A stretch of 64,000 nt of DNA from a virus (lineage: Duplodnaviria; Heunggongvirae; Uroviricota; Caudoviricetes), in IMG/VR virus record IMGVR_UViG_3300010348_000547, positions 566 to 64,565 of that record; one strand, given 5' to 3'. The notes beneath the pieces were generated by a model. That model had not been told where the DNA came from, searched no databases, and was given only the letters and a program-made list of their open reading frames with translations. Positions 45,801 through 57,000 of this stretch are shown here, piece after piece (the stretch's first letter is position 1; each line of letters opens with the position of its first letter). The position numbers and the translations under genes were made by a program.

Positions 45801-48013
45801 AAATATTTGACTTAGGTTTATTTGTATTACCAGAAGAAGTAGAACGTCTGAAGAACTTCAGTGTAACCGATTTTTACAATGTTGCAGATAAAAGTTTATT
45901 ATCAACGTCTGACCCTAAATACAGGCAGGCTGTTGATATCATTGATAAATACGCACAGGAAGCTGGACAGATGGTTAAGGATAAAGCTACTCCAGAAGCG
46001 GGTAGTGATGAAGAGTCTCGCTCTATGGAGAACTATAACGCAACGGCAAGACCCAAGTTCAGACCAACTGCTGGCGGTGTTGGGAAAGATGACAGGAGAA
46101 CTTATAGAGACCTTGCCAAGCAGTTCGGATTTGATCCATCAAGTGTTAGGTCAACCGTAGCTGTAGAGAAAGTTTTAAAGTCTATTGTGGACAGTGAGTT
46201 TGCTACTAACCGAGAAAAAGCTTTAGCAAGACGATTGCTTGCAGTAGTAAAACCTGGTCAGGTAATTACTTTTGCAGCTGACTATTCAGGCCCTGGTGTT
46301 TATAAGTCAGATACTAAAGAAACAATAGTTGATGCTCGTTACTCTTCAGAAGATTATCAGAAGGGACAAAACGGTCATCCGGTTGAACATGTTATCTTGC
46401 ACGAGTTACTTCATGCATTAACTGTAGAAGGGCTTGAGACTGACCCAGAGTTCAAAGAAGCTATTACTAAGATGTTATCCACAGCGATGGCGTATCAGCT
46501 TTCTCCTGAAGGAAAAGCTAAGTTTGGTGATAAGCCTTTATATGGATTAAAGAATGAGGCGGAGTTTATTTCAGAGGCATTGACAAACGATACTTTCCAA
46601 AGAATGCTTAGTCGTATTCCATACACAAGTACCGGTAAGCCAAGTAACTTATGGAATGAGTTCCTAAAATCAGTGGCTAAATATATCCAAAGAATTTTTG
46701 GTGTGCAAAAAGGTTCATCATTATTGGATGAGGCTATGCACATTATTACCGCTAAGATTGACAATCGCCCAACAGCTAAAGCTCAAGAAAAAGTTCAAGG
46801 TGTTTTAAAGGCTGGAGATAAGGTTTCTCAATCTACTCCAATTGGTCAAATAAAAACTCTTGCTTTAACTTCTAAGCCGCACGCTGAATTAATTGCTAAA
46901 CTAGCTGACGGATACCGTAAGTGGACTAAGGATAAAGAGGCTGTTAAGGATTTAAGTGATGACGAAATCACAAACAGGGAGGACTTCCAAGACTTCATGT
47001 TAAAATCCGGCAGTACTCTTCACCCTATCAATGAGTTTAACGCTCAGATGGAAAAAGAGAACAAAGGTATTCCAGGAGGAAAAGCAACCACAACAACCAC
47101 TAAAGGAAAACGTGAGGTAATCAGCAATGACGAATGGCAAGATTTCGTAAACACGGGTACCGTATCAGACTTAACTTTAAAGTTAATTGTGGATAAATAT
47201 CGTGCTGCTGGTTCAAAAGCACTTAGCGAACGTGAACAAGCAATCTTCCAAGCAAAAACGCCTGAGATAGAAAGTTTACTAAAGAAGATTCAGGACGAAG
47301 AAATCGCAGCCAAGGAAAAAGCTAAGATTGATGCCAACAAAGCTAAAGCTAAACCAGTTGAAGAAGTAAAAGAGGGTCAGGAAGTTATTACTCCAAAAGC
47401 TCTTATGGAACAATATACAGAAATCACTAATGCTGAAGAGATAAAAGCATGGGAAAATAATGCTGCAGCTTTCTTACAGATGGGTGACCTAGATGCTTTC
47501 GAGAAAGAATTCGGAGAGCCCTTTACTCCAGAATTTGCTATGCGCCAATTAACAGATAAAGTAAAAGCTCTTGCTGAGAATTTAGATTTCAACACTCTGC
47601 AGATGGGTACCGTAGTTATACTTTCAGATAAAAAATCTGTGGCTGTTGTGTCGAAGAATGATGGTAAAACTGTATCTTTAATGCCATACAAAATGTTTAA
47701 GGAAAACTTTAAACTTAGTCCTGAAGGGGAATGGGTTAAAAGGTCTGAAAGCATTAATGAAGAGGGAGTTATCCCAGTGCCGAAAGAGGAAGTTAAAAAT
47801 TACATATGGATTAAAAACAGTGAATTTAAAGAAATGGTAGAACAAACACCTGAACCGACTCCAGAGGAAAAACAAGAATCAGCAGAAACTCTTGTAGCTG
47901 AAAAAGAAAGATCAGCTGACGAAACCAATGAGATTCTGAACAACGCTGAAACCGTTGATAACGCTGAAGCTAAAAATGCTGCGGCTAGTTTATTTAGTAC
48001 TTGTAAAAGATAA
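42809..48013 (+). CDS. Giant virion cargo protein with zincin-like metalloprotease domain
   Basis: 1734 aa. HELLH at 46400-46414 with downstream NEAEFISEA, and a Gly/Ala hydrophobic segment near the N-terminus. Confidence 0.75.
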   Translation: MADETNPNSSGLVSAPIIPALPEIQAAGDATALLKTPPPVITPVIPSGFPQAVEVNTQLQGDYHTGPAPGAKPVNQKNGTLDFVKASVQALGNDEAVKDQFKYGRAYSYGAGYKNQNFERYYKHGKFDELGFSPYRDNDALYNEKGSWWDDFNRMRGEWDNLAFSGFKSIWGSEETANEEMEKGMAIGSSTRGGFGSSVINFGLNSAYTVGIIGELALEDAALAALEFGTMGAATPEVAAVGGARNAMAFGRLVKAWEGTSAFLKTLKNAEQAKDVFNAAKAGEKLTDFAKWANPFQRSMEWTTHLAKGTNGVSNLGNMAKVSKTFGNFYRDLRELNVAHSEARLEGEGAAVEYQNKLVDEFYNEHGRMPDNNEAKEIYDRAQSVKSSVTLANDITIYATNKLVFEDLFEGVRPGSKIAESFLEGSGRFLKRTAAKDFKAGMTAGVEGATAALTASEKSAGKKVADFLLTSAYVPWSRKYFVGNLGEALQENAQETIKIAAHDYYDKVHSDPSQLGFYGTLASIGKGTSAQFSGQGLETFLSGYMMGSLIQAGGKGMKSIASPAGRGASALANMATKGKYGQEWGAESESAKAKKQAEETDNDILNAANFVLDNGLIYGGHRADVAAGIKAAAEAKRAKAKEGDEKTARDMQNEMQLNHFDILARTGNMGLITEHVDDMMKLSDEDLLNAYNQPTKSDGSNMTAEDVRNKLQGLKNNAQGYQRAYDKAHRSRPNPHNPWMFDKEKHPEAYKDELDKYMAHEQALSDMIFANESYSNIADRMAKMGNELSGNGALSNFFNTSSAGSPLADVIGTDISLLVDPVLLSKHMQSLGDQIKVFSKGTAEERKKAKEAIDSMRHLKEWRVFAHTYAAELKNLGKPGATPEEIAATQKNADFLVAQMYKTFDKYVRHVAKTKNGFVFTEQMNKGFSLLKDFMALNADKQRMVHAINKFSDPNMFDRYKEIQKDIQKSQREQKLERLNKALEKFKAMALQNQMLNEIFDLGLFVLPEEVERLKNFSVTDFYNVADKSLLSTSDPKYRQAVDIIDKYAQEAGQMVKDKATPEAGSDEESRSMENYNATARPKFRPTAGGVGKDDRRTYRDLAKQFGFDPSSVRSTVAVEKVLKSIVDSEFATNREKALARRLLAVVKPGQVITFAADYSGPGVYKSDTKETIVDARYSSEDYQKGQNGHPVEHVILHELLHALTVEGLETDPEFKEAITKMLSTAMAYQLSPEGKAKFGDKPLYGLKNEAEFISEALTNDTFQRMLSRIPYTSTGKPSNLWNEFLKSVAKYIQRIFGVQKGSSLLDEAMHIITAKIDNRPTAKAQEKVQGVLKAGDKVSQSTPIGQIKTLALTSKPHAELIAKLADGYRKWTKDKEAVKDLSDDEITNREDFQDFMLKSGSTLHPINEFNAQMEKENKGIPGGKATTTTTKGKREVISNDEWQDFVNTGTVSDLTLKLIVDKYRAAGSKALSEREQAIFQAKTPEIESLLKKIQDEEIAAKEKAKIDANKAKAKPVEEVKEGQEVITPKALMEQYTEITNAEEIKAWENNAAAFLQMGDLDAFEKEFGEPFTPEFAMRQLTDKVKALAENLDFNTLQMGTVVILSDKKSVAVVSKNDGKTVSLMPYKMFKENFKLSPEGEWVKRSESINEEGVIPVPKEEVKNYIWIKNSEFKEMVEQTPEPTPEEKQESAETLVAEKERSADETNEILNNAETVDNAEAKNAAASLFSTCKR

Positions 48014-48021
48014 TTAATACC

Positions 48022-51000
48022 ATGAGCTGTTTATTAAACCAGGAAATGCGAGATGGGCTATTCGTAATGGTAGCCTCTGATTTATTTACAAAAGCAAAAG
48101 GCGACGAGCCTCTTGACCTTGATGCGTATATCAGGGAGGTGTATAACTTTGCTAAAATTTCTTCTCAAGGGAATGAAGCTTTAGCATTAGATGCCGCAAT
48201 GCTGGTACCTGGTTTTGTTGACCAGACATTAGCTAATAGACCAAAGTTAGAAGAGCACTTTGAAAAATTCAATGAAGACATCCGTATGGAAGTTCTTGCA
48301 AAGAAAAAAGCTTTCCGTAGTATCGATAAAGTAAGAGAAGTTCTTGGTTTAACTGAATCACCAGCTGAGATTATTGATGCGGTGGAACAGGATATTAAAA
48401 CCGAGGTTGCTCCTGAACCCGTAATTGAGTCTGAAGAAAAACAGCAAGAAAAAGCTGAACCATGGAAAACGTTACCATTTGGTGCATTCTATACCTATGG
48501 ACCAGAGATAACTGAAACAGGAGAGGTTGTAAAAGAGAATGTACTAAACATTGCAGCTATTAAAACCATTAGAGAACTGATGGAAAAGCAAGGTGTCTCT
48601 GATAGCTCACAAGTAAATGTACCTGGTGTAGGTCCTGTATTTTTAAAGATTATGCCAGCAGGTGAAGCTAATAAACTTGCAGGTCGTCCAAGTTATACCC
48701 ATGCTGATAAAGGTATGGTAGCTGTTCTTACCAGCTCATGGGGTGAACCTGTATCATTTGATGGTACCGGTAAAGCTATTACAAATGGTAAAGGTGCTTC
48801 ATGGTTTAAACTATACAGCCCTGTTCCTTTCAAAGTAAATGCAGGAGGAACTATGATTCTTGATTTGAATCAGAAAGCTTTCATGGATCATGTGATGGCC
48901 AGTCCTGAGTATAGTACAATGAAAGACTGGCAAAAGAAAAAGAATGCAGCTTCTTTCTATAACACAGTTATGACCAAATACAATGCTTTAGTACGTCAGT
49001 ACAGAGATGCGGGTATGACTGAAGTTGAAGCTGAAATGGAGGCACTTGATAATTTAACAAGAGACTTTGAAGCATTCGAATGGATGCGTCAATATGTAGA
49101 AGAAAAAGGTAATTCAGTTCAAGCTGTTATTACAGGTTCTTCAAAAGGGTTTGTTATCAACAATCAATATAACCCGACTCCGCTTAAACAAATCTTTGGT
49201 GAGAATACGTTTTCTCCAATCTCTGTTAAGAAAGAAGAGTTAGGTATGAACTTACCAATGGGTGGTGCATATTTCTATGCTCCTGGAATTAGTGAGCCTA
49301 TCAACATTGATAAACCTTCTGTGAAAGATATGCCTGAACTTATGAATCAGCTTATCTCTTTATTCACTCAACCATTAACAGAGAATGGTAAGCCTGTTGA
49401 TATTCTAAGGAGGAATGCACTTATTCAACAGTTCTTATTAGCTAAGTATAGCAATATCCGTTTTGTACCAAACACTAAAGACGGAGGCTTTACACATGAG
49501 AATGGTCAATTCCGTGTGGATATTAATGGTGTACGTTACAGCTTTGACTATACTGAAAGCGGAACAGCTAACAGAAATAAATTAGCTGAGGCTTTACAAA
49601 AAGCATTTACCACTCCAAGCAAAGGTGCTAAGGTTCCTCTTAAACGAGAGAACTTAGCTAAGGAAGGTGTAGTACCCGTTAAAACATTAGAGGGTCAAGT
49701 TAACACCAATAATGTTTTAGAAGACGACAAAGGAGACTTTTACAAAATCAATTTCCCACACGTAGACGTGGTAGGAAACTTGATCAATGGTGTATTGGAA
49801 ATGCCAACTATCAACAACGGTGTGTTGACAATTACTCCAATGCCTTATAATAATTTCATAAGAGATAACTATGCAACTATCGCAAAGGTTGATGCTAACA
49901 ATAAAGTTGTAGCATTTAATCCTGTAATGACTTTTGCTCCTACGCTAGAGGAGTTTACTAAGTTCATACCTGGTGCAAAAGTTCAAGAGCAAGTTGAAAA
50001 ATCACAAGAACCTGTAGAGAAAAAAGAACCAACCAATACAGCGGCTACACAATCTAATGCTGATTTGGATGAATTGGCTGCAGGCTTTACGATGGATAAA
50101 AGACTTCCTCAAAAAGAATTGAACTCTGCTGTTTTAGCACATCAAATAAAACAAGCTGAGATTTGGTACAACAATAGTCCATTGAAGAAGCACTTTCCTT
50201 TTGAAACTGTGTTCAGAGCAGTGAACCAAGGTATTGGTCCAGTTGCTCAATGGTCAATTCATGGTATCCGTTTATTCCATTATTACTCTGAGGATGGTAA
50301 GTTTGATGCATCAAAAAGTGGTGACTTCACTGATTTATATCATGAAGCATGGCACGGTTTTACACAAACTTTCCTTACGGCTGACCAACGTAAAACATTA
50401 TATGCTGAAGCACGCAATCGTTCTGGCTCATTTGTAGACTACAATGGAAATACTGTCTCTTTTAAAAGTGCTGATGTATGGCAACTTGAAGAGTTCTTAG
50501 CAGAAGAATTTAGAGAGTTCATGATATCCGGTGGTAAAAAGATGATAAAAGGTTCTCCAGGAACACGTTCTATATTTAAACAAATACTTGATTTCTTAAA
50601 AGCCCTATTTACAATACACCAAGTACCTGCAGCAGATTTAATTCAAAACCCGCTGAGTTATGGACCTATATTTGAGATGTATGAAAACCTACGTGTTGGT
50701 GATTTGTCTAAGTATAACTTTGACGTTAACAACCGTGACAAATCAATAGGTGTATTAAACAGCTTACAAGCTCGTGATAAAAACAGCAGTAGCCAGGTAA
50801 TTGACTTGCAGAATGCCAACATGTTGGTGAACTCAATGGACTCTATCATCTCTAAGTTTGCAACGTTTGTTTCAAAATCAAAAGGTGACAGGTCTTATGT
50901 AACTCAATTAATGAGTACACCTGAGAATAGAAAGTCTGTTTACAGAACCGTTCTTCAAGAACTTATCAAAACTAAAGACAAACTCATTAAAGAACGTGAT

Positions 51001-54000
51001 GAGTTATCTGGTGAAGATCCAAAAACAGCTTACAAGCGAAATATACTTCAGCAAAGCATTAACACTTTAGAATGGGCTACTGGTCCAAACTTTGGTGATA
51101 TTGAGAACCTTGCTAACAACAAAGACAATAAAGGTCTTATTGCTTACCATGTACTTAAGTCTAAGTACTTATCAGAACAGGATAAGGAATCATTGTTTGA
51201 TGACAGCGAAATTGATGAGGTAAAACAAAACGAGGAAGCGCGTGGTCAAGGTTTTGACCGCTCCGGAAATGAAACCAGTCAATACGACTTGTCTTCTCCT
51301 GAAGTAAAATATCTGTTACGCAGTATTCACCGCTTTGATAAAAACGGTTTACCGGTAAAAAACGTTATAGGTATTCATGAGTTAGCAGATACCCATGTGG
51401 TATGGAATAAGATTGCTCGTACCTTAAATGGTATCATGAGCAGACCGGATATGTGGAAAGCTTTAGATAAAGCCGCTCATGAGAGAAATGCTGCAGGTGA
51501 AGTGACTCGTATAATTGACCCAACTATATCTGAGTTATTAGATAAACTTGGACCAGTGGATACACAATCAGAAGCTGATACTGCATTATGGCAAAAGTTC
51601 TGGGCTACCTTCAACATGGTTAGTATTCCGTTAATTCAAATGACGGTTGAAGAAACAACTCGTGAAGACAATGGTGTAGTTTCTTCAAGCTATAAAATGA
51701 CTATTGGTCAAGCTAATTCAAGTTCTCGTAGAACAGGTAACCTATGGAGAAATGCTTTCCGTACAATGAATACGGATTACATTCTTCGTGATATGAATGA
51801 GGCAACACCTGAGGGAAAACAAAACCCTACATTCAACATGAATTACTTAGATGTTGATGCCGTGATTGCTGATTTCACAGATACTAAAGGTAAGCTTAAA
51901 GATGCTCCTGGTTTCTTGAGAGCTATCGGTGTATTACTAAGTGATAAACCGGTTATAAATACTGCAGTTAATAGCAATGTTGGAAATCCTGCTGTAATAT
52001 TAACAAGACTGAAAACACTTTCTAAGAATAACATAAAACGTGTATATTCATTAGATGATGTGTTTAAAGAGTATGAAGATTTAGGATTAGCTAGTGACAA
52101 CGCTAACTTAACAGCTTTAGCTGATCTGGAGAACAAGCATAGTGACCATACATCTAATTATGCTCAAACCAATGCTGAGGGAAATACTCAATATGAATTG
52201 AGCTTACACAACAGTATGAGTATCATGGTGTCAACGATTAATAGTGCAGAGTCTTACCAAGACTTAATGGCTATTCCTCACATGAGATATCTTGATATAA
52301 ATATCAATCCGTTTGCGGCATCGTCTCTGTGGTTAAATTCCATCTTTGAAATGAAAGATGCTTTAGGTAGACCTCTTGCAACTAATGACCCGGCATTCGG
52401 AAGAAAGCGTCGTGATGCTAGCGGCAACTTAGTTAAGTTGAATATGTCCAACTTAAGTGGTGTTCAAATGACAAGCGAGAGTGGTACTGATGGTATTGCT
52501 TCTGCAAGTGCTGATGAGTTCACTAAGATGATTATGGATTTCCATATGACTCTTAATGGTAAGCCAGAATTGATGCGTCATGCGGATAAAGGAACTTCAT
52601 TCTCTTTATGGTTACAAAACATTGTAGGAGGTGCTAAGACTGGCGGATATGTTGATACCATTAGCTTCTTCAAAACAGAACAAGGCGATGTAATTGGATA
52701 CAATAAAGCTGCAGACATGATGATGAATTATCTAGATGCAGAAATGAAGCGTATCCAAAAACTTAATGAGATTAAAGAGCTGACTAAAAAAGGTGATGTT
52801 GTTTATGATGAGCATTACTTGAAAGAGGGTCGTAAGTTTGTAATCTTCGAAGACATCTTAACTCCAGCTACTCAAGCAGCTTTACTTAAGGATAAGAGCT
52901 TAGTAAATGTTGTTCCAGAAAACTTAGAAAAAGTAAGAGCTGAAATTATTGAGTATTTGGACAATCAGTTCAACAATGTGAAAGAGGTTTTCCAAAAGAA
53001 CCACTTCATTGATAAAACATTATCGGCCCGTATTAAAACAGAAGCTGCTAAAGCAGGATATGTTACTGGTCCGGTTGCAAACAGTTTTGCTAATAAAGCT
53101 TTAACTCTTACAGAAGATGCCATGGTGCGTTCTTTTGTAGTGAACAGTTGGATACACAACATTGAGTCAATGAACATTGTTTATGGTGACATTGCTCAAT
53201 ATAACATGAAGAAAGAAGAGTTCCATAAGCGTAACGCGGGTGCCGGTTCAACTGGTAACCTATTTGCAGTGGATAACGCTATGGTTAACTATGTGAATAA
53301 ACAAGGTAGAAAATATGCTGCTTCAAAAGGGTTTACTGAGAAGCAACTTGCTACCGATGGCTCATTCCAAACAGCTATCTTAAAAGACAATGAGATTCCT
53401 TCTGCATATTTCAAAGAGATACGCCAGGCAATTGCTGAACGTATCACTGCAAAGAACAAAGGTTTGTCTGCAAAAGAACTTGAAGAGAAGATTGACAAAG
53501 CTGTAAAAGCTTATACTGAAATGAATGAGGGTGATGCACAAGGTTGGATTACATTTGACTTTTATCGTTCAGCTTCTATTATGGAAGGTAAGTGGACAGG
53601 TAAGCAAGAGAAAATGTATCAAGCTATCTGTGCTGGAGAAAGTATCTCAATGGATGATGCCATGGAGTTCTTCCCAACTAAGAAGTACCAATACTGGGGT
53701 CCAGTTGAGAATCGTAAAAACGAAAACGGGCAATTTGTGAAAGACCAATCAGGTTTCTTACCTACGATGGCGTTTCACAAGTTCTCATTATTCCCGCTTA
53801 TTCCAAATGTCATCAAGGGTACGAACCTTGAAAAGCTTCATGATAAATTAATGAAGCAGGGTATTGATTATGCTGTATTCAAATCAGGTTCAAAAATCTC
53901 TACCCTAACAAAGATTGATGAAGAGGGAAACAAAATACAAGATGTGTTATACTCTAAAGGACGTGAGGTTGATGAAACTTCTACTCTTACTCCTAACACT

Positions 54001-57000
54001 GTTTACTTACAATTCTTAAAGAACCAGTTGGAGATAGCTCCTCACTTTAAGGAGAAAGTAACATTCCCTACTCAGATGCGTAAGCTTATTGAAAACGGTC
54101 TGATGGAAGGCGGAGTTCCTACTGATTTCAGAAGTGACTTACCATTACCAGAAAGACAAGCTGAGTGGGAGAAACTTACTAAAGACGAGAAGTTTGAAAA
54201 GTCTCCATACTACAACTTGATCAAGCGTTATGAAGCAAACATTGCCAAGCTAACCAAAATCAAGAAAGAGGCTCTTATCAAAGAAGCTAATATCCAGTAC
54301 AAAACCGTTGATGGAAAACGTGTAGTACAGATAGACAAAAAGCTGATTGAGTTCATCCAAGGTGAGCTTTCTCGTCAAGAATTAGGCGAGCATGAAATTG
54401 CGTTTCTTAAAACTAAGAAAGGTGGTACCGGATTAGCGCATGACCTTTCAATCTCTCTTTCTTCTGAAAAGCTTGAGAAGATTTTAAATGCTATCGTAGT
54501 AAAGCGCCTTGTAAAACAAAAGTTTAAAGGTGAAGGTTTAATCCAGGTATCTGGTGCAGGTTGGGAAACTAACTTACGCGGGGAGCTTTCTGAAGAAGAA
54601 AGAATCAAGTATGGTACAAATGAATTACCATTCTATACTCGTGGAGAAGATGGAAAGACTAAAGCTATGAAAGTTAAAATTGCAATGCAAGGAGACTTCC
54701 GTAAGCTTTATGAATTACTACACAATGATGGTCAAAAGATTGATTCACTTGAGCGCTTAAATGAAATGCTTAAGAGTGAAGAGTGGCTTAATAAAGGACA
54801 GCATAGAGACATGGTGAGTATCACTGGTCCTCGTATCCCAACCCAGGAGAATAACTCTATGGAGTTTGCTGAGGTTTATGAGTTCTTACCTGAACAAGCG
54901 GGTAACATCGTTGTTCTTCCTTCTGAGATAGTTGCTAAGTCGGGTGGTGACTTTGACATCGATAAGATTACATTCATGTTCCCTACCATTAAAGCTAAGA
55001 CTAACCTTAAGGATATTGACTTCAAGATGTTTGGAGACTTCCATAACAAGACGGAAGATGAGCTTAAAGCAATCCTTGAGAAAAAGAAAAAGGACAGAAC
55101 CGAGGAAGAGCAAAACATCTTTGACCATATCTACAACTACTATCCTAAAGAAGTAACCCTTCCTATGGATACTACAACTGAAGAAGGTCTTGAGAATCGT
55201 ATCTTGAAAAACATGAGAGATATGCTAGCTCTTAAAGACAACTATGCCAGTTTAGTACGTCCAAATGATACTGACTTAATTAAACCTTTGGCTGATGATC
55301 TGGCTGATAAAGTAATGGCGTATAAACCGAAAGCACGTTTCCGTGGAGAGTCTTCGAAAGTAATTGCAGGTACGCGTGTATTTGAAATTCAATACAACTT
55401 ATACAAGCATGGGTCAAACAATATTGGTAAACAAACCTTAGGTTTAGGTGCCGTGGATAACACATACAATACGGTATTCAACCGTATCGGTATGCGTATG
55501 AACAAAGGTTATACTACAACAGGTGGTGTCTACAAAGACTTAAATATATTGTTGCCTCACAACCGTGTTAACGATGAGTCAGGTAACAAAGTTATCTCAT
55601 TAGCTAACTTGTATGATGCAACTGGACAAACAAGCATTTCTTCAGTAGTTGCACAGCTTATTAATGGTTGGGTGGATATTGCTAAGGATGCTTGGATATT
55701 CAACATCCAAGGTAACAAAGAGGTATCACCAACGTTGTTATTTATGGTACAGGCGGGTGTTCCAGTAGACCAAGCAGTTTACATGGTATCACATCCACTA
55801 ATCCGTAAATACGTTGAGGAACAAAAGTTAGCAAAGAGTATGTTTGCTAAGACTCTGGGTAAAGGTGATAAGAATCCAATGTTCTTCAGAAACGCTGCAC
55901 GTCGTGTGATGTTTGAAGAATTGTTTGATAAAGACACAACTAAAAAGCTTGGAGGAAAAGCCAAAGAAAGAGATGAGAAGTTTGACCAGTTGACTCGTGA
56001 TTACTATCAATCACCTGAAGTTAAAGCATTCTTCAATCCAAAAGAAGTTGCCAATAACTTGTATGGCCGAATTGAAAACAAATCCGGAATGTGGGACAAT
56101 GTAGATAGAGCAATCTTCTTACACTTCCTTGAACTGGAAGAGATGTCAAAGGTTATGACCAAAGTTAAAATGAACACTAACTTTGATACTAGCCGTTCTG
56201 CAACGTTGTTTGATGCACAAAGAAAGTCTCAGTTGTTAGCTGACTTAAGAGAAGAACGTATGTTCCCTTCAGCAATGATTGATGCTATCTTAACTGAATC
56301 ACCTATCGGTAGTTTCAATGTTCAAGATTTCCAAGTTGAATTATGGCAAGACCTATTCAAGTTGAGAAACAATCCTGTGTTGAATACATTCATCATGGAT
56401 AAAATGAAAGACCTTAACGAGTTCAATGATGCTAAGGACGCTACATTCGGTGATGCTGAAAAAATGGTTAATGAATTACGCAATGACTTAACTAGCTTTA
56501 TTTTCCAAAACTCAATACGCAAGTTCAATATCAACGATAAGGTTTACCGTGGTATGGACATCAAGTCTGAGGGTAAAGAAGTGAAGTCTTTAACTAGTTT
56601 ACGTCATGCTGTATTTGTTAAGGATGGTGTCATCTATATGGACAAGGCTCAACTAGAAAAAGACTATCAAGCTTTAGCTCTTAAGAAATACAAATACAAT
56701 GTTACATTAGCAGATGGTACCGTTATATCTGTAGCTCCTGTTAAAGCTACTGATTTTGAAACAGCTGATACTTACTACTCGTTTGTGTTTGAACGTGAAA
56801 TATTACGTGACCAATGGAAAGGTAAGTGGGACGTTATGAAAGAAAGAGCTGATGTACAAGCTAAACTTGAAATGTACAATGCAAGCTTAGCAAAAGAAGC
56901 TGATGAAACTGATGCTCATTTTGAAGCTCGTGTAAATCAAATAGTATTTGAAGAAATGCTACGTGATATGGCTATGGACAATACATTCAATGCGGCTAAG